Shown here: in pieces, positions 11,166 to 23,378 of the stretch
Layout of the letters: each line of letters starts with the position of its first letter
How positions within the stretch are numbered: position 1 is the stretch's first letter
NCBI GenBank assembly: GCA_008369845.1
Contig: MRSU01010611.1
Location: 1 to 64,000, forward strand
Direction of reading: 5' to 3'
DNA from: Trichomonas gallinae
Taxonomy: Eukaryota
Length of the DNA: 64,000 bases
Program-made: the position numbers and the translations under genes
Notes under the pieces: model-generated
What the model saw: the letters and a program-made list of their open reading frames with translations, nothing else
What the model was told of the DNA's origin: nothing
The model's database searches: none

Positions 11166-11582
11166 TTAGCAGCTGAAAGCAGTACCTTCAATTCTCTGAG
11201 CATTGATCAAAACTCTTGGTCCGTTGTTAGAAAACTGAAGTTCCCTAAGGTTGGATTTGAGAGTATGGAAGTCTGAGATCAATATTTCTGTCTCACCAAT
11301 GAACTTTTCTTCTGACCATCTTGAAGCTTTGTTGTAGAGTGAGACTACGATTGCTGATTTCTTTGGATCAACGTAGGAGAAGGAAGCAAAGTTCTTCTTT
11401 GGGCTCTTGCCAGCATCGCATTCGACAACGTGAAAAAGTTTGTTCTTCCTGGAACCGAAGTAAATCAAGTACTTTCCCTTAGCATTATTGATGTTTGGGT
11501 TGAAGGACTCAACTGTTATATCGAAGGAGCAGTTGTTTTCATCTTCGTTGAGTGACTGGTACTTCTCGCGACGAGCGAACAT
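11166..11582 (-). CDS. Small C2-domain-like protein
   Basis: ATG at 11582 (track start is TTG). Beta-strand pattern with IVVSLYNK...EEKFIGETEILISDF, typical of C2 domain C-terminal strands. Confidence 0.6.
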   Translation of the reverse strand: MFARREKYQSLNEDENNCSFDITVESFNPNINNAKGKYLIYFGSRKNKLFHVVECDAGKSPKKNFASFSYVDPKKSAIVVSLYNKASRWSEEKFIGETEILISDFHTLKSNLRELQFSNNGPRVLINAQRIEGTAFSC

Positions 11583-13085
11583 AAAAATGGCCAAAATTGA
11601 ATGAAATTTTCAACTTCCTCAATTTTCTTTGGTGACAACCATTCAAAATTTGATCGGCTTTTTCTTGAATTTGATTTTCGAACAATCATGCATATTATAA
11701 TGTTTCATATTTTGTTTTAATGTTTCCAAAATGAAAATTAAGATTTGGAAAATTATGATTAAAACATGATCTTTATTGTATGTTGTTGTCGATAATGATA
11801 AAATTAATAAAATTTTGAAGATTGGCCGGATTTGATTAGTTTATAAAATCATTCAATTTTTTCTTCAGAAATCATTGATTTCTCTTTTGCTTTATCACAT
11901 TGATATACGTTAATGTCATGTGATTAATATTATATATCTTCATGATTACAAAATTTTTGCAGATTTTTTTGTGACCAAAAAATGAATCAATAAAATCGGA
12001 GGTATAATCGCAATTTCCTTCTATACAGTTAACTACTTAAAACTAATTTTGGTGCATAATGGGATCTAAATTTTGATTAAAGATGATGAGGGTCTTAACC
12101 TTATTTATTCGGACAAATATGATACGGACAAAGTAATCCATGCTTATACTAATTATCATAAAAATCCACTACTTGCAAAGAACTATATGTGAAACATGAT
12201 TAGATACCAGTTCCAGTTATTTTATTACATTTTGAACAAAAAATAATTTCAAATCAAAATCAAAGTCGTTTAAAACTCAAAATTTGTATGCCCTGCATGA
12301 CACAATAGCGCAAACTATTGTTTTGTTATGTTAAAACTACATGTTAAAATCGAAAATTTATCTTCATTATACGTGCCCGAAAACTTTGGTGCATCTCATA
12401 TGTTTTATATATAGTACAAAAATATGATTATAAATTTAAAAAATCTAAGCTCTCACGCAGTAGGATCACAGTGAAACAATTCGAAACTCATCGATTTTTA
12501 TAAACACACAAAAATAATAGCAATATATCCATACAATAATATACAAAGATGTAATATGTCTACAGAAACACCAGATATTTCCATATTAAAATAATTCAAT
12601 CTATTTTATACTACTGTGATAGTGCTTAGATATCATACCTATAGATACTTGAGGATGTATATATTATTATATATTAGTTTGAGTTAAATCTATGGGCAGC
12701 GTCGAAGTTTCATCACCTTTTTTTGATTAGGAAACTCAAAGTTTCATGGGAAGATATGGAGTGAACATAGTATAAATTGTCGCAATATACTTATCGATAT
12801 CAATACTAATAATAATTCACATCAACAAGTCTAATTTTGTTATTTTTTGAAATTTAAATTTTATGTTAGTAAAACTTAAATATATGATCATATAGGAATT
12901 CATAAATCTAATAATGTTATTTAGAAGTCAAGAATCTATTATATTTGATAGGCAACATATTTTGAATTCAGAATTTGCAACATTTCAACACCAAAAATAA
13001 GATATGTAGTAGATAGGTATATCATAGGCATGGTATCCATGATAGAGTAATTTCAAAATTGGTCGTAAAAGTGACAAAAACAACA

Positions 13086-14770
13086 ATGTCATCTTTCTTC
13101 TATCAAATTATAGTTCAGCCAATTAAATCTTACGAGAACACGATCAATATTGATCACTGCATATTTTCGCGGTGTATTTGCAGTGAAAACCAACGAGATG
13201 GAATAATTATACTTAAAAATACTATTCCTTCAGGGTTAATAACAATTTCGAATAGTTTGTTTTATAATTTACACTATTCTTATCTCACCCAGTCAAATGC
13301 TATTGTAATTTATTCACAAACAGCGAGAAAAACTTATTTATTGCGAAATTGTTACAATTTTATTTCGGGAAACTCACCATTAATATCGACTACAGATTTA
13401 ATATTAAATTATACATCATTTTCAGACTGCGTTACACAAACGAGCTTGATTAATGTTCGAAATCAAAAAGTCCAAGATTGCAGCTCAAATAATAACACGA
13501 GAATTTCATGTATGATAATTTATATTGCTTGTCCATACATACTCAATTATTATATGCATTCATCACTGTTCGAAAAATCAACAATTTCAACGTTTAATAG
13601 CATGCTTGTAGAGATGGAGTATCTAAATATTGTAAATTGTAAATTCGAAAGATTTCGAGCGAAATCGATAAGTAACTCAGTAGTTTTGAACTCAGTTATC
13701 AATAATTTTAATATTACTACAGCACCTGTTGATGTTGTTACAGATAATGAATACTTTACTTTGTTCATTTATGAAAAAAATCCGGTTGAAATACCGCTTG
13801 ACTTGAATGCTTTAGAAAAATTTGTTATTTTTACCAAAAACGTTTCTGAAAAATCGTCTTGGGTAACAGATATAATGAGATTCCCTGACTTCTTCGAGGA
13901 TGTTATTGTGGATAATTGTATATTTCAAAATTTGGAAACTACTGCAAACTTAATTCTTGTCGGAAATAAGTTGATGTCAAAATTCACCTTACAAGAATGT
14001 AGATTCAACGATATTTACGCATACGAAGAGGAATTAATTTATTTAGAACTAACCACAACAAAGAACACTGATGTCGTAGTTACAAAAAACTGTTTTTCTA
14101 ATATTTTTACTAGATCACTTATATACGTAATGAATGATGACTATAGTGATTTTCTTTTCAGCAAATCCAGCATGTGTTTATTATTTCCTGGCATTGACGA
14201 TTTTCCATGTGTCGGAATTCACATACCTTTCCTTGAATCGAATGATATTATCAAAGTAACAAAAAATACGAACATAGGACTTAACTACTCAGACAGTTCT
14301 ATGCAAAAAATAATTAAAACATATAATGCAATATTCTCTTATTCATGCTTTAGAAACCTTTCCAGTATTTGTTTGACAGCTTTGTTTTCATCAAAAATTG
14401 AAAATTGCAACTTTATAATTTGCAATTCTTCAAATTCACTTGAATTTCATAATTCTAGCATTGCTGAATCTGTTTTCTATAATTGCAGCATCGAGACATC
14501 AGAAAATTTCATTGATTGTCGCTTTTATTTCATGAATGAAACTCCAATTTATGTTGATCTAATATATTATCTTGATGATTTCTGTATTAATAATAATTCA
14601 CACAAAAAGAAAAACATTACGCCAATAATTATAGCAGTTTCTGTTACTGTTTGTATCATAATAATTGCAATATCAAGTTATCTAATTTACCTAGGTATTT
14701 GAAAAATATGACTAGGAAGCTCGAAAAGCGAATTAATCTTTCACTAACACTAATTAATGACTTTGGATAA
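13086..14770 (+). CDS. Cys/Asn-rich beta-helix-like type I membrane protein; frameshift at ~14700 cuts off the cytoplasmic tail
   Basis: ATG 13086 follows AAAAGTGAC (13067-13075). Repeated xIxNCxFxN motifs and a C-terminal TM. The ORF stops at 14702, but the -1 frame continues LKNMTRKLEKRINLSLTLINDFG* to 14770. Confidence 0.7.
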
Positions 14771-15423
14771 CCATTTCTCATCAAATTCCAAAATTTTTTT
14801 GTTTTGTAAATTTTGATTTTTTGGATTCTTTATATTCTACATTACTGTAGATTTGTTCATTAAAAACATTAGTTTTGTTGAAAATCTGAAATTTCATTGT
14901 TTTAAAATGAGCAATATTGATATAACACTTCGTGGCAAAGCAATACAATAAAGATCTATGGTAAAATGAACGTAAAGATTATTCTAAACAAAAAAAAAAG
15001 AAAAATATGAAAATAAAATAAAAATTTTGTGGAAAATTGCAAATGAATGATGTGCTAATGAATTACACAGTCAATTGAATTTAAAACTAGTTCTATATTG
15101 TTACCGGCCGATTATGGAACAAAATCTAATTATTTTCATGTAAAAATCAAAAACTAAACCGTGTCGTTCAAGAGGTAAACTATGTGGCAGTAGGCCAACA
15201 ATTTAGTACGTTATTGTCTCGAATAATCGAAAATTATTAATTCAACAAAAAATGATGGGTTAGACCTTATCCATTGAATATTATTCTTTCCTTCATGCTA
15301 TGAGTAAATATACAAAGTCTTGTGGACGAACTCGAAGACATTTTGAGAATTTTCGATTTTTATTTTCTTAAATATAACAGATATCAAAAAATTAGTAGTT
15401 AGAAAAATATAAATACACTTTAT

Positions 15424-16203
15424 TTAATACAACTCAACCATCTTGGCTGGTGATAGAGGCTCTATATCGATCTGATCTGGTTCTTGCTCATGAGAAGCGT
15501 TTGTAACTATAGAAACATGCGTTGCCTTCATTTTCTTGATGAGGGACTGGTTTCTAATATATTTGATCTCATGTAAATAATTATCGTCTATTTTATGGAG
15601 TTGAGAAGCGATAGAGTTAAATGGGAATACCAGCTTGCTCTTCATCTCCGCAAAAGCGTTATTGATAATCTTTTGGGAGTCTAAAACTAAGTCGTAGGAG
15701 CCAATCTGGAGTGAATGTGTTATAACACCAATCTGTTCGAGGAAGAAAGCGGCAAGATAGAGTCTCCTAAGGAGCCTGCTCATCTTGGAGCGTTTCTGGG
15801 CCATAATTAAGCAAATTTGCTTCAGAGCCAATTCGTTAGTTCCGAAGAACAGATAAATGATAACGGACGTAAGAGCTAACTGGCCGATAGGTGGGGACTC
15901 TGGCATCTTGAAAATTGTCCAGAAATCAGTATTTATCGCTTGGGATTCAACATGGACGTACTCTGCTTGTATGGTCTTCATCATGTTTTCTTCGCCTGCC
16001 CAGCAGTACATCTTGTTCACTGTCTTAGTGCAGAGACCCAACGAGCACAATACGTTGAATAGGTCGTACAACCTTCTTTTCTCGCAGTTTTCGGCTTCCG
16101 CAATTGTGTTGACTCTTATGTACTCTGACGGTTGGGCCTTGCACTGGCTGATGATCTTCTTGACTGTAACAGAGAAGTTCGATTCCCTTGGAGTAAAATT
16201 CAT
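15424..16203 (-). CDS. E2F/DP-family winged-helix transcription factor with two DBD-like motifs
   Basis: KRRLYDLFNVLCSLG matches the E2F RRxYD motif, and RRLYLAAFFLEQIG is a second degenerate copy. The start is likely ATG 16203, just after Inr TCACTT; upstream in-frame ATGs extend to 16257. Confidence 0.8.
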   Translation of the reverse strand: MNFTPRESNFSVTVKKIISQCKAQPSEYIRVNTIAEAENCEKRRLYDLFNVLCSLGLCTKTVNKMYCWAGEENMMKTIQAEYVHVESQAINTDFWTIFKMPESPPIGQLALTSVIIYLFFGTNELALKQICLIMAQKRSKMSRLLRRLYLAAFFLEQIGVITHSLQIGSYDLVLDSQKIINNAFAEMKSKLVFPFNSIASQLHKIDDNYLHEIKYIRNQSLIKKMKATHVSIVTNASHEQEPDQIDIEPLSPAKMVELY

Positions 16204-17379
16204 ATAAGTGAATTTCAATGCGCGCATTGAATTCCTCAAAAACCGTCGTTTAAACATTAAAAATTTTTATTTAGAAATAACCACGAAAATGTCTAGAAAG
16301 AGAATAAATAGATATATAAAATTTGAATGCATAATAATTTGTAATTTTGAATATAAAGCTTTTAACGATTGTTTTGAATTGGTTCTTAATTATTTTTACT
16401 TTTCCGCAATAAAATTAAATACCAAACAGGTAATAGATAATTCTAAAAAAGAAAAATATTATTCCGCTATGAGAATTGTTTAAACCATGAAATACCAATT
16501 GTTTGACTATATAGAATGCATATATTATGTTTTTGCAAAATTTAACGATAAATTATGTGAAATCTGGGCAGATGAAATTTCAGAGACAGATTACGGGTTA
16601 TAAGATATCTAAATAATATGTAATTATCGAACGTCGCTATTAAATCTCTCAAAAATGACTTTTTACTTCCGATGTTGTCAGATTTGAACCATAAAAAGAC
16701 ATTGTGGATTTTTTGATATGATATATGAATTATATGCATATACAATAGTTAAATGGTTTAGTGAGGGTATTGTTTTCTCGCATATTTTTTGATAAAATAT
16801 TTAAATCGCGAATTCCAAAAATAATTTGCAAACGCTCTATTTAACTCTTATATATAATGAAACACAAATAAAAGTTGATAGTTATTGGTTATAATAAATA
16901 TAACATATAAATAATTGCGAAATTTCATTAAATAGTTGTTGAAAACAGTGATAATAAAGGAAAATAAGGCATAATAGATCTTCCGATAAGAGAAAGACAA
17001 TTAAAAAGAAGAAAAAAAATTGAGAATCGTTTATGAGCTTTTTTGAATACACACATTGAATTTTAGATTTAAAAAACAATAATAGTTCAATGTCAACTGT
17101 ATATTTGTAGCATTATTTTAATCGAGTTTTGGGTTTAAATTGGTCATTCAAACTGTTAATATTCTTAAATTCTTGTTTTCTACAAGCGATTTTTAGTCCA
17201 TAGCATTCTACTATTAACAAATATCAATATGTACACATTAGTTTGAATTATTGCAAAACAACGATAAATTTGGAACCGTACTTTTGAATACCATCATCAT
17301 CCATATTGTTCCTAGCATATTATAGATTGAAATTTCGAAACTTTGCAAAATTTTGTTGTTGCTAAACGATATTCAACTG

Positions 17380-17410
<31 letters not shown>

Positions 17411-18489
17411 TATTCTCGCCTTTTGAGAATGGTTCTGCACGATGTCATATTTGACAGCTATATGATGAGATGTTATTGTAATGCAGTGATTTTATCATTT
17501 TTGTATTTTATTGGTAAAATATCATTTTCGAAATCGAATTAATTCTTTGATTTGGCTTTTCATAATTTAATATGTTATTATATTATGAATAAATTTTTAA
17601 AATATCAAATCATTATGTACATATATGGGTTCTTAAATTTATTATAAATATTTTGTTAAAAACGCTAGGCCTTTGAGATATGTAATCGTTAGCACTTTAA
17701 AAACTTGAATAATCACTGAAACCATCCTTATTCCGACTTAAAAATAATTTCGATAAAATATTTAAAAGTAGCGACGTTAGCGAATACAACACATTAATCA
17801 ATTGGTTCTCAATATTAAAATGCAATAAACCCAGCATTTTGCAAAAAAAAAAAATTGATAGCAACTGTCGTTTTATATCGTTCATTAATTACACTCAGAA
17901 ATGATTGAGAAAAAAAATGTTCACGAAAATTTATCCTTCTTTTGATGAAATTATAAAAACATACGGCTATACGGGCTATATGACCAATTTAGTTTCGTTT
18001 CAAATTTTTCAGGGGTTGGATACCAAAATCAAAGTCAAGATATAATAATATGAATAAATTTGTGGTGATTTAAAAAGATTATAATCAAACAAAATTTTGA
18101 GAGAAAATATGCTCAAAAAAATTTAATCCTTATTTTTTCAAAATATTATAATATAGATTAGATGCATCTATATGATCAAGTTAATTTTTGTTAAATCTAA
18201 CAAATGATTGAGAAAAAAACTAAAAAAGCTCAAAAAGCACTAATTTTTTCAAATTATTGCTTTAAATAACAGTGCAGGTAAGATAGTTTAGTTGATTTTT
18301 CTTAAATCTCAGAAATGATTGAGAAAAAAATTGCTGAATCAGCTAAAAATTCACAGTTAAATAAATTGGAATCTGACACTTTTCAATTATTAATTTTTAC
18401 ATTTTTATCTGCATATTGCTAATGCATCAAAGCTAAGTAAAAATGTCAAAAATCTTGATTTTCTTTTATCAAAAAAATTGTAACAATAT

Positions 18490-20952
18490 ATGGGAAACGA
18501 ACAGTCTATCGAAGGTCCTGAGATTGTTATAAACGAAAAGCAGATCGCCAAGCTTCCGTACAATGTACCCGACCTTGGCGAAGTGAAGAAAATGGATTTG
18601 AGCAGGAATCTGTTCAAAGAGTTGCCGAAAGATGTGCCAAAGTTGCTCTCATTGGCTATGGAATACAATGAACTCTCCGAGGATAGCTCGGATGTCGTGG
18701 ATTCGATCTCGCAGTACAGGAAGCTGTTGATTTTAAACTTGGCCAATAACTTATTCACTATTTTCCCAGAGTCATTCCATAACCTCATGGCACTAAGGAA
18801 GTTGGATTTGAACAACAATAAGATTATGGAGTTCAATATGTGCTATCCGAAGCTGGAATACTTAGATTTAAGTCAGAATCAGCTCAGAACATTGCCACCT
18901 ATCCCTGGAACGCTCTCTGAACTGCACATTAGCTTCAATTTCTTTGATAAATTGGAGTTAATGCATTCAAATCTCAACGTTTTGAAAGCTTCGTTATGTG
19001 ATATCCGCGAAATTGGCCATTTTAGTCTTAGTGCGCTTACAGAACTCGATCTCTCAAGGAATAAGCTCAAATCTTTCCCTGATTTCGTCAAATGCACGCC
19101 TAACCTTAAATGTTTGAATCTATCTGATAATTTTTGCGAGCAAATTCCTCCTCTTCCTGAGTCAATGCAGCGCTTCTTCTTCTCTGGTAACAAATGTACC
19201 TCGATACCAGTTCAATGCTCGCTTTTAAACAAACTGAAATTCTTCGATATTTCAAACAACAAGATTAAGGTCCTCAAGAACCTTCCATCATCACTTGAGT
19301 ACATCGTATGTGTGCATAACGAGATTGATACTATCGACTTACCAAAAATGGACTGTTTAGTATACTTTATTGGACATAACAACAAGTTGACACGTTTTCC
19401 AGCTGTTAAGTTCCCAAGGATCAGGAAGTTCAATGTCTCATGCAACAGTATCGAATCATTTGAGGCTGAATTTCCAACAATCGAGAATTTCTTCGTAGAA
19501 TTCAACAAACTTAAGGAGATTCCGCAGTGGATATTCACATGCAAGAACATTAAGCATGTCAATTTCAACGCAAATCAAATCACAAAGATTCCATCATCAT
19601 TTTCGAAAGGCAAATTCTCTCATTTCTCGGTTGCTTTCAATCAGTTAGAAGGCCCAATACCACCGATATCAAAACATCTTGAAGATTTGAGTTGCGCATT
19701 TTGTAACTTAACAGAATTGCCTTCTGGCGGCGAGAACCTCAAGGTTCTTATTGCAGGCAACAACAAGATAACGAAAGTACCATTTTATCCTAAATTGCAA
19801 GAGTTACATTTACCAACAAACAGATTAACGGAATTCCCAGCAATTCCTGATTCAGTTTTCTCTATTGACGTTTCGAGGAACAAGATTTCAAAGCTTCCAG
19901 TTGACAAACTCACAAAGGTTCGTGAATTAGATGTTATGTACAACATGATCGATTCAATCGAGCAGATTCCTCTTCCAAAATTGTTTATGATGAAGATAGG
20001 CCACAATCCACTCAAATACGTTTTCGACCACAAACTTTATCCAAATCTCGATTTCTTGGATGTAATGTCTACAGATATTACCTTCAAGAGCAAAGACCCG
20101 CCAATCAACCACATCCACGTCTCAAAGAACAGGCTGAAGACTCCTCACTGCATGATGAACCAGACCTACGACTGGCTCTGCTTGTCCGAGATGAGAGGCA
20201 CGAGAAAAGTCACGGAAGATATGTTCATCTGCAAGGCGAACCAAGCTGACAAGATGGCTGTCATGGCGATTTTCGACGGCCATGCAGGTCCTAAGACAGC
20301 TGCCTACGCGTGCATATCATTCGCCAGCATTCTCAGCTCGCCAAATATGCAGTTCTCCGTCAAATGGCTGAAGAATGCTTGCAGAGAAATCTCTGATTCT
20401 GTCAAAACTAAGGCTTTCTCAGACGGTTCTACACTTGCGATCGCTCTCACGAGAGAGAGAAGCTTGTACACAGCTTCCATCGGAGACTCCAGGATCTTCG
20501 TGTTCAGCGAGTCTGGTGAGATGAGATATCAGAACAAGGTCTACAAGTCTACGGACAGAGATGAGTTCGAAAGAATCCACGAAGCTGGTGGATCAGTTTA
20601 CGGCTTCCGTCTTCAGAATTCTGTCGCTGTCAGCCGCACATTGGGGGACATGGCTGTCCCAGGCATCTGCCACGACTCTGAGTGCGACGAAGTTCATCTC
20701 GCTGAGGACGACAGGTGGATTATTTTGGGCTGCGACGGCGTTTTCGATGAGCTTCCAATCGAATTCATCGGTGAGCTCTGCAGGAAGGCCAAGAGTGCTA
20801 TTGGCCTCGCTTACACACTAAGAAGTGCTGCTTTCGCTGGAAGATCAAAAGATAACATCACGGTTATCGTTCAAGACATGAAGTCACTTTACAACAAGGT
20901 CGCAGACGGCCCAATTTCACACATCGCTGACCTCGAAAGCACAATGCGGTAG
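18490..20952 (+). CDS. LRR + PP2C (PPM) phosphatase fusion, N-myristoylation motif
   Basis: MGNEQS start (MGxxxS), about 20 LxxLxLSxNxL repeats, and PP2C motifs FDGHAG, GST, GDSR, LGCDGVFD and KDNITV. Confidence 0.92.
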   Translation: MGNEQSIEGPEIVINEKQIAKLPYNVPDLGEVKKMDLSRNLFKELPKDVPKLLSLAMEYNELSEDSSDVVDSISQYRKLLILNLANNLFTIFPESFHNLMALRKLDLNNNKIMEFNMCYPKLEYLDLSQNQLRTLPPIPGTLSELHISFNFFDKLELMHSNLNVLKASLCDIREIGHFSLSALTELDLSRNKLKSFPDFVKCTPNLKCLNLSDNFCEQIPPLPESMQRFFFSGNKCTSIPVQCSLLNKLKFFDISNNKIKVLKNLPSSLEYIVCVHNEIDTIDLPKMDCLVYFIGHNNKLTRFPAVKFPRIRKFNVSCNSIESFEAEFPTIENFFVEFNKLKEIPQWIFTCKNIKHVNFNANQITKIPSSFSKGKFSHFSVAFNQLEGPIPPISKHLEDLSCAFCNLTELPSGGENLKVLIAGNNKITKVPFYPKLQELHLPTNRLTEFPAIPDSVFSIDVSRNKISKLPVDKLTKVRELDVMYNMIDSIEQIPLPKLFMMKIGHNPLKYVFDHKLYPNLDFLDVMSTDITFKSKDPPINHIHVSKNRLKTPHCMMNQTYDWLCLSEMRGTRKVTEDMFICKANQADKMAVMAIFDGHAGPKTAAYACISFASILSSPNMQFSVKWLKNACREISDSVKTKAFSDGSTLAIALTRERSLYTASIGDSRIFVFSESGEMRYQNKVYKSTDRDEFERIHEAGGSVYGFRLQNSVAVSRTLGDMAVPGICHDSECDEVHLAEDDRWIILGCDGVFDELPIEFIGELCRKAKSAIGLAYTLRSAAFAGRSKDNITVIVQDMKSLYNKVADGPISHIADLESTMR

Positions 20953-21162
20953 ATTATGTTTTAATATATTATTGTTTATTTATTAAATTTTTTCATTTGA
21001 TTTCTTACTATAAATACATTTTATTTTTGATATTCAACAAACAGAAGGAATTTGAAATTGAATAAAAAATGATAGAACTTCATTATTTATTACAGCATTA
21101 AGTGGTTTGTTGTATTATCATAATTTTAATTTATTATATAAGGAGCATAACATGCTTTGACT

Positions 21163-22179
21163 TTACAATAATTGATATGAAAGAAATATACAAAAGATAA
21201 ATTCATCAGAATAGTCAGCACTAATTTGTTTTTTGACATCGTTAAAATTATGTTGCTGGCATTTTGCTTCACATAATTGTGTTGAGAAATAAGAGAAACT
21301 CAGAGATAACGAGTCTTTAGTTGATAAAAAATTAGCACCGCTACTTGGACATTTAGGATTATTTATGTAACAGTCATGTACATTAATCCGGCCTTCGTTA
21401 TGAGGACTAAATAGTTTTGGGCCAATATTATCGACAATAATGGAAGTATAAAGATTTAATGTCATGCTAAGTGAAAAAAAGATTCCCCATCTTCCAAGTT
21501 GGTTTGAATTAAGGATGAAAATCGAATCACGAACTTCAAAGTTTTCACAGGATTCGTACCCAAAAACAGCATTTGAATATATGCAAGAAGAGTTACAACT
21601 TGTAGTATATTTTTGAGGAGCCGATGAAGACTCTGCATATGTAATTCTCCAAGCTGTTTGATCGTAGCCTTTACAATGAGAAACATTAGTATTACTAATT
21701 TCATGAACACCATAATATGTAGTGAAGGCCATATATTCTCCTATTGTATTCGAGATCGAACATCCAACAATATGATTTTTCCCTTTGGAACCTTGCGGCA
21801 TACCAACATGTGAATGACTCCCCTCTCTATCTGAATAAGCTTCATTGGAGCATACACTGATTTGAACGCAATTTTCACCAAAAAATCTAATTGCGCCACC
21901 TTCTTTTGTGCTATATGGTTTAATAAATGTAGTTTGATAAACAAGTAAGTAATTATCATTAGTCTCATATTCGGAATTAGGAATATAAATGACACCATTC
22001 TGGCCAGAAATGGAATGAAAGATAACATTAGTTACAAAAAGACGCCCTCTAAGCGTATTTCTTTCATTTCTTGAATAAGGAGCAGGTTCTTCTACATTTG
22101 GATACACTGTTCTCCAATAAGACATCTTTGATTTTGTATTATGCCAAATGTCAAATTCTCTAATTGAAAATTCTGACAT
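21163..22179 (-). CDS. Cys/Ser/Asn-rich beta-helix (Pmp-like GGAI) family protein
   Basis: 338-aa ORF with NGVIY and EGGAIRF motifs, Cys spacing typical of trichomonad hypothetical surface families, and a hydrophobic C-terminus. Confidence 0.65.
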   Translation of the reverse strand: MSEFSIREFDIWHNTKSKMSYWRTVYPNVEEPAPYSRNERNTLRGRLFVTNVIFHSISGQNGVIYIPNSEYETNDNYLLVYQTTFIKPYSTKEGGAIRFFGENCVQISVCSNEAYSDREGSHSHVGMPQGSKGKNHIVGCSISNTIGEYMAFTTYYGVHEISNTNVSHCKGYDQTAWRITYAESSSAPQKYTTSCNSSCIYSNAVFGYESCENFEVRDSIFILNSNQLGRWGIFFSLSMTLNLYTSIIVDNIGPKLFSPHNEGRINVHDCYINNPKCPSSGANFLSTKDSLSLSFSYFSTQLCEAKCQQHNFNDVKKQISADYSDEFIFCIFLSYQLL

Positions 22180-23378
22180 TATTCGCGATCAAAAATGTCG
22201 TATGAAATTAACCAAAAGATTGAATGAAACAAGAATAACACGTTTTTTAATCAATATATAGGTATAAAGTAAAAATTTGACATATTGATTTTTAGACATC
22301 AATCTCGTATATATTTAATGTGGTTATCTGAGTAAATATTTGATTTTCGAAAATTATTTTTACATGACAGATTATTATTTATTGCCAATCAATGAAACGA
22401 ATAATTTCTCGATTTGTTTTCGTTATATTAATTTGTGAATTTTGCCACTTTTTATTGAATCATTTTAAAAATGACACGACATGTAGTTTCACTCCTTCAT
22501 GAAGGTACATAAATATGCGGGATATACCATGTATAGGCATAGCATTTATAACTTGTAAAGTCTAAATCATTGCAAAATCAATCTTGAATCTCAAGGATAT
22601 TTCAAACAAATTGGATAACAGCTTATGTAACATCATATAAATATATCATAAACACTCATATTTCATATTACTTACAATTAAAACTTATATTCATTGAAAT
22701 CCAAATTAATTTCAATACTTCTATCCAAAATAAGATCAAATAATTTCTGTTATCAATCAATGATTAAATATAATAGCACAAGATCGAAGTTAAACTTGTT
22801 ATATTCTTACCAATTTTATGCCAATAATATTAGCTAAATTGAATTTACGAATCATAATAGGGTCATAGCCATTCGCAAATACAGAGGAGTTATATTATAA
22901 ATTCTATCAATTTGTCTGATTTAATGCTGAATTTTGCACATGATTAGTCTAATATCATAACATTTGAGTAATGCAGTATAGTATTGCACTACATATATAT
23001 GATATTATTTTTACATCCGAAATAACGTTTCTTCATTGATGAAAAGATAAAAATAAAATTCGTAAGTTACCTAGTGATCTTTATCCATCATGCATTTCAT
23101 TATTGCATTATGTGCTTGTATTGAATGCTTTATATATATATATTTTATCATATTTATTCATTTTTCGCACGAAATTTCATTATTCTAAAACCCAATAGTA
23201 TTTTTGAAAAACAAGGATCTCTGATGAGACGGTATTTGTTTTTTACTGCTTTAATATTGTTTTGGCTACATATGATATGAACTGAATAATAATATAAATT
23301 TTTGCTGTGTGGCACTGTTTTTCATAATGATAACAATCTATGTAGAGCTACAAAACACCTTTTGACCTTGTTAAAATC

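Noticed and set aside
17380..17404. T25 tract (and A19 at 4336-4354) as retroposon poly(A) tails
   Set aside because: No target-site duplication or adjacent retro-copied body is evident, and homopolymers are expected in AT-rich spacers.
16208..17885. Short ORFs of 60-91 aa in the long AT-rich gap
   Set aside because: They mostly have non-ATG starts, their F/I/K/N-rich composition mirrors the DNA, and they carry no motifs.
23221..23285. CTGATGA...CTGA as a box C/D snoRNA or hammerhead ribozyme core
   Set aside because: No GAAA follows the putative stem II, there is no terminal stem, and I could not identify an rRNA-complementary guide. An Infernal or snoscan search would be needed.
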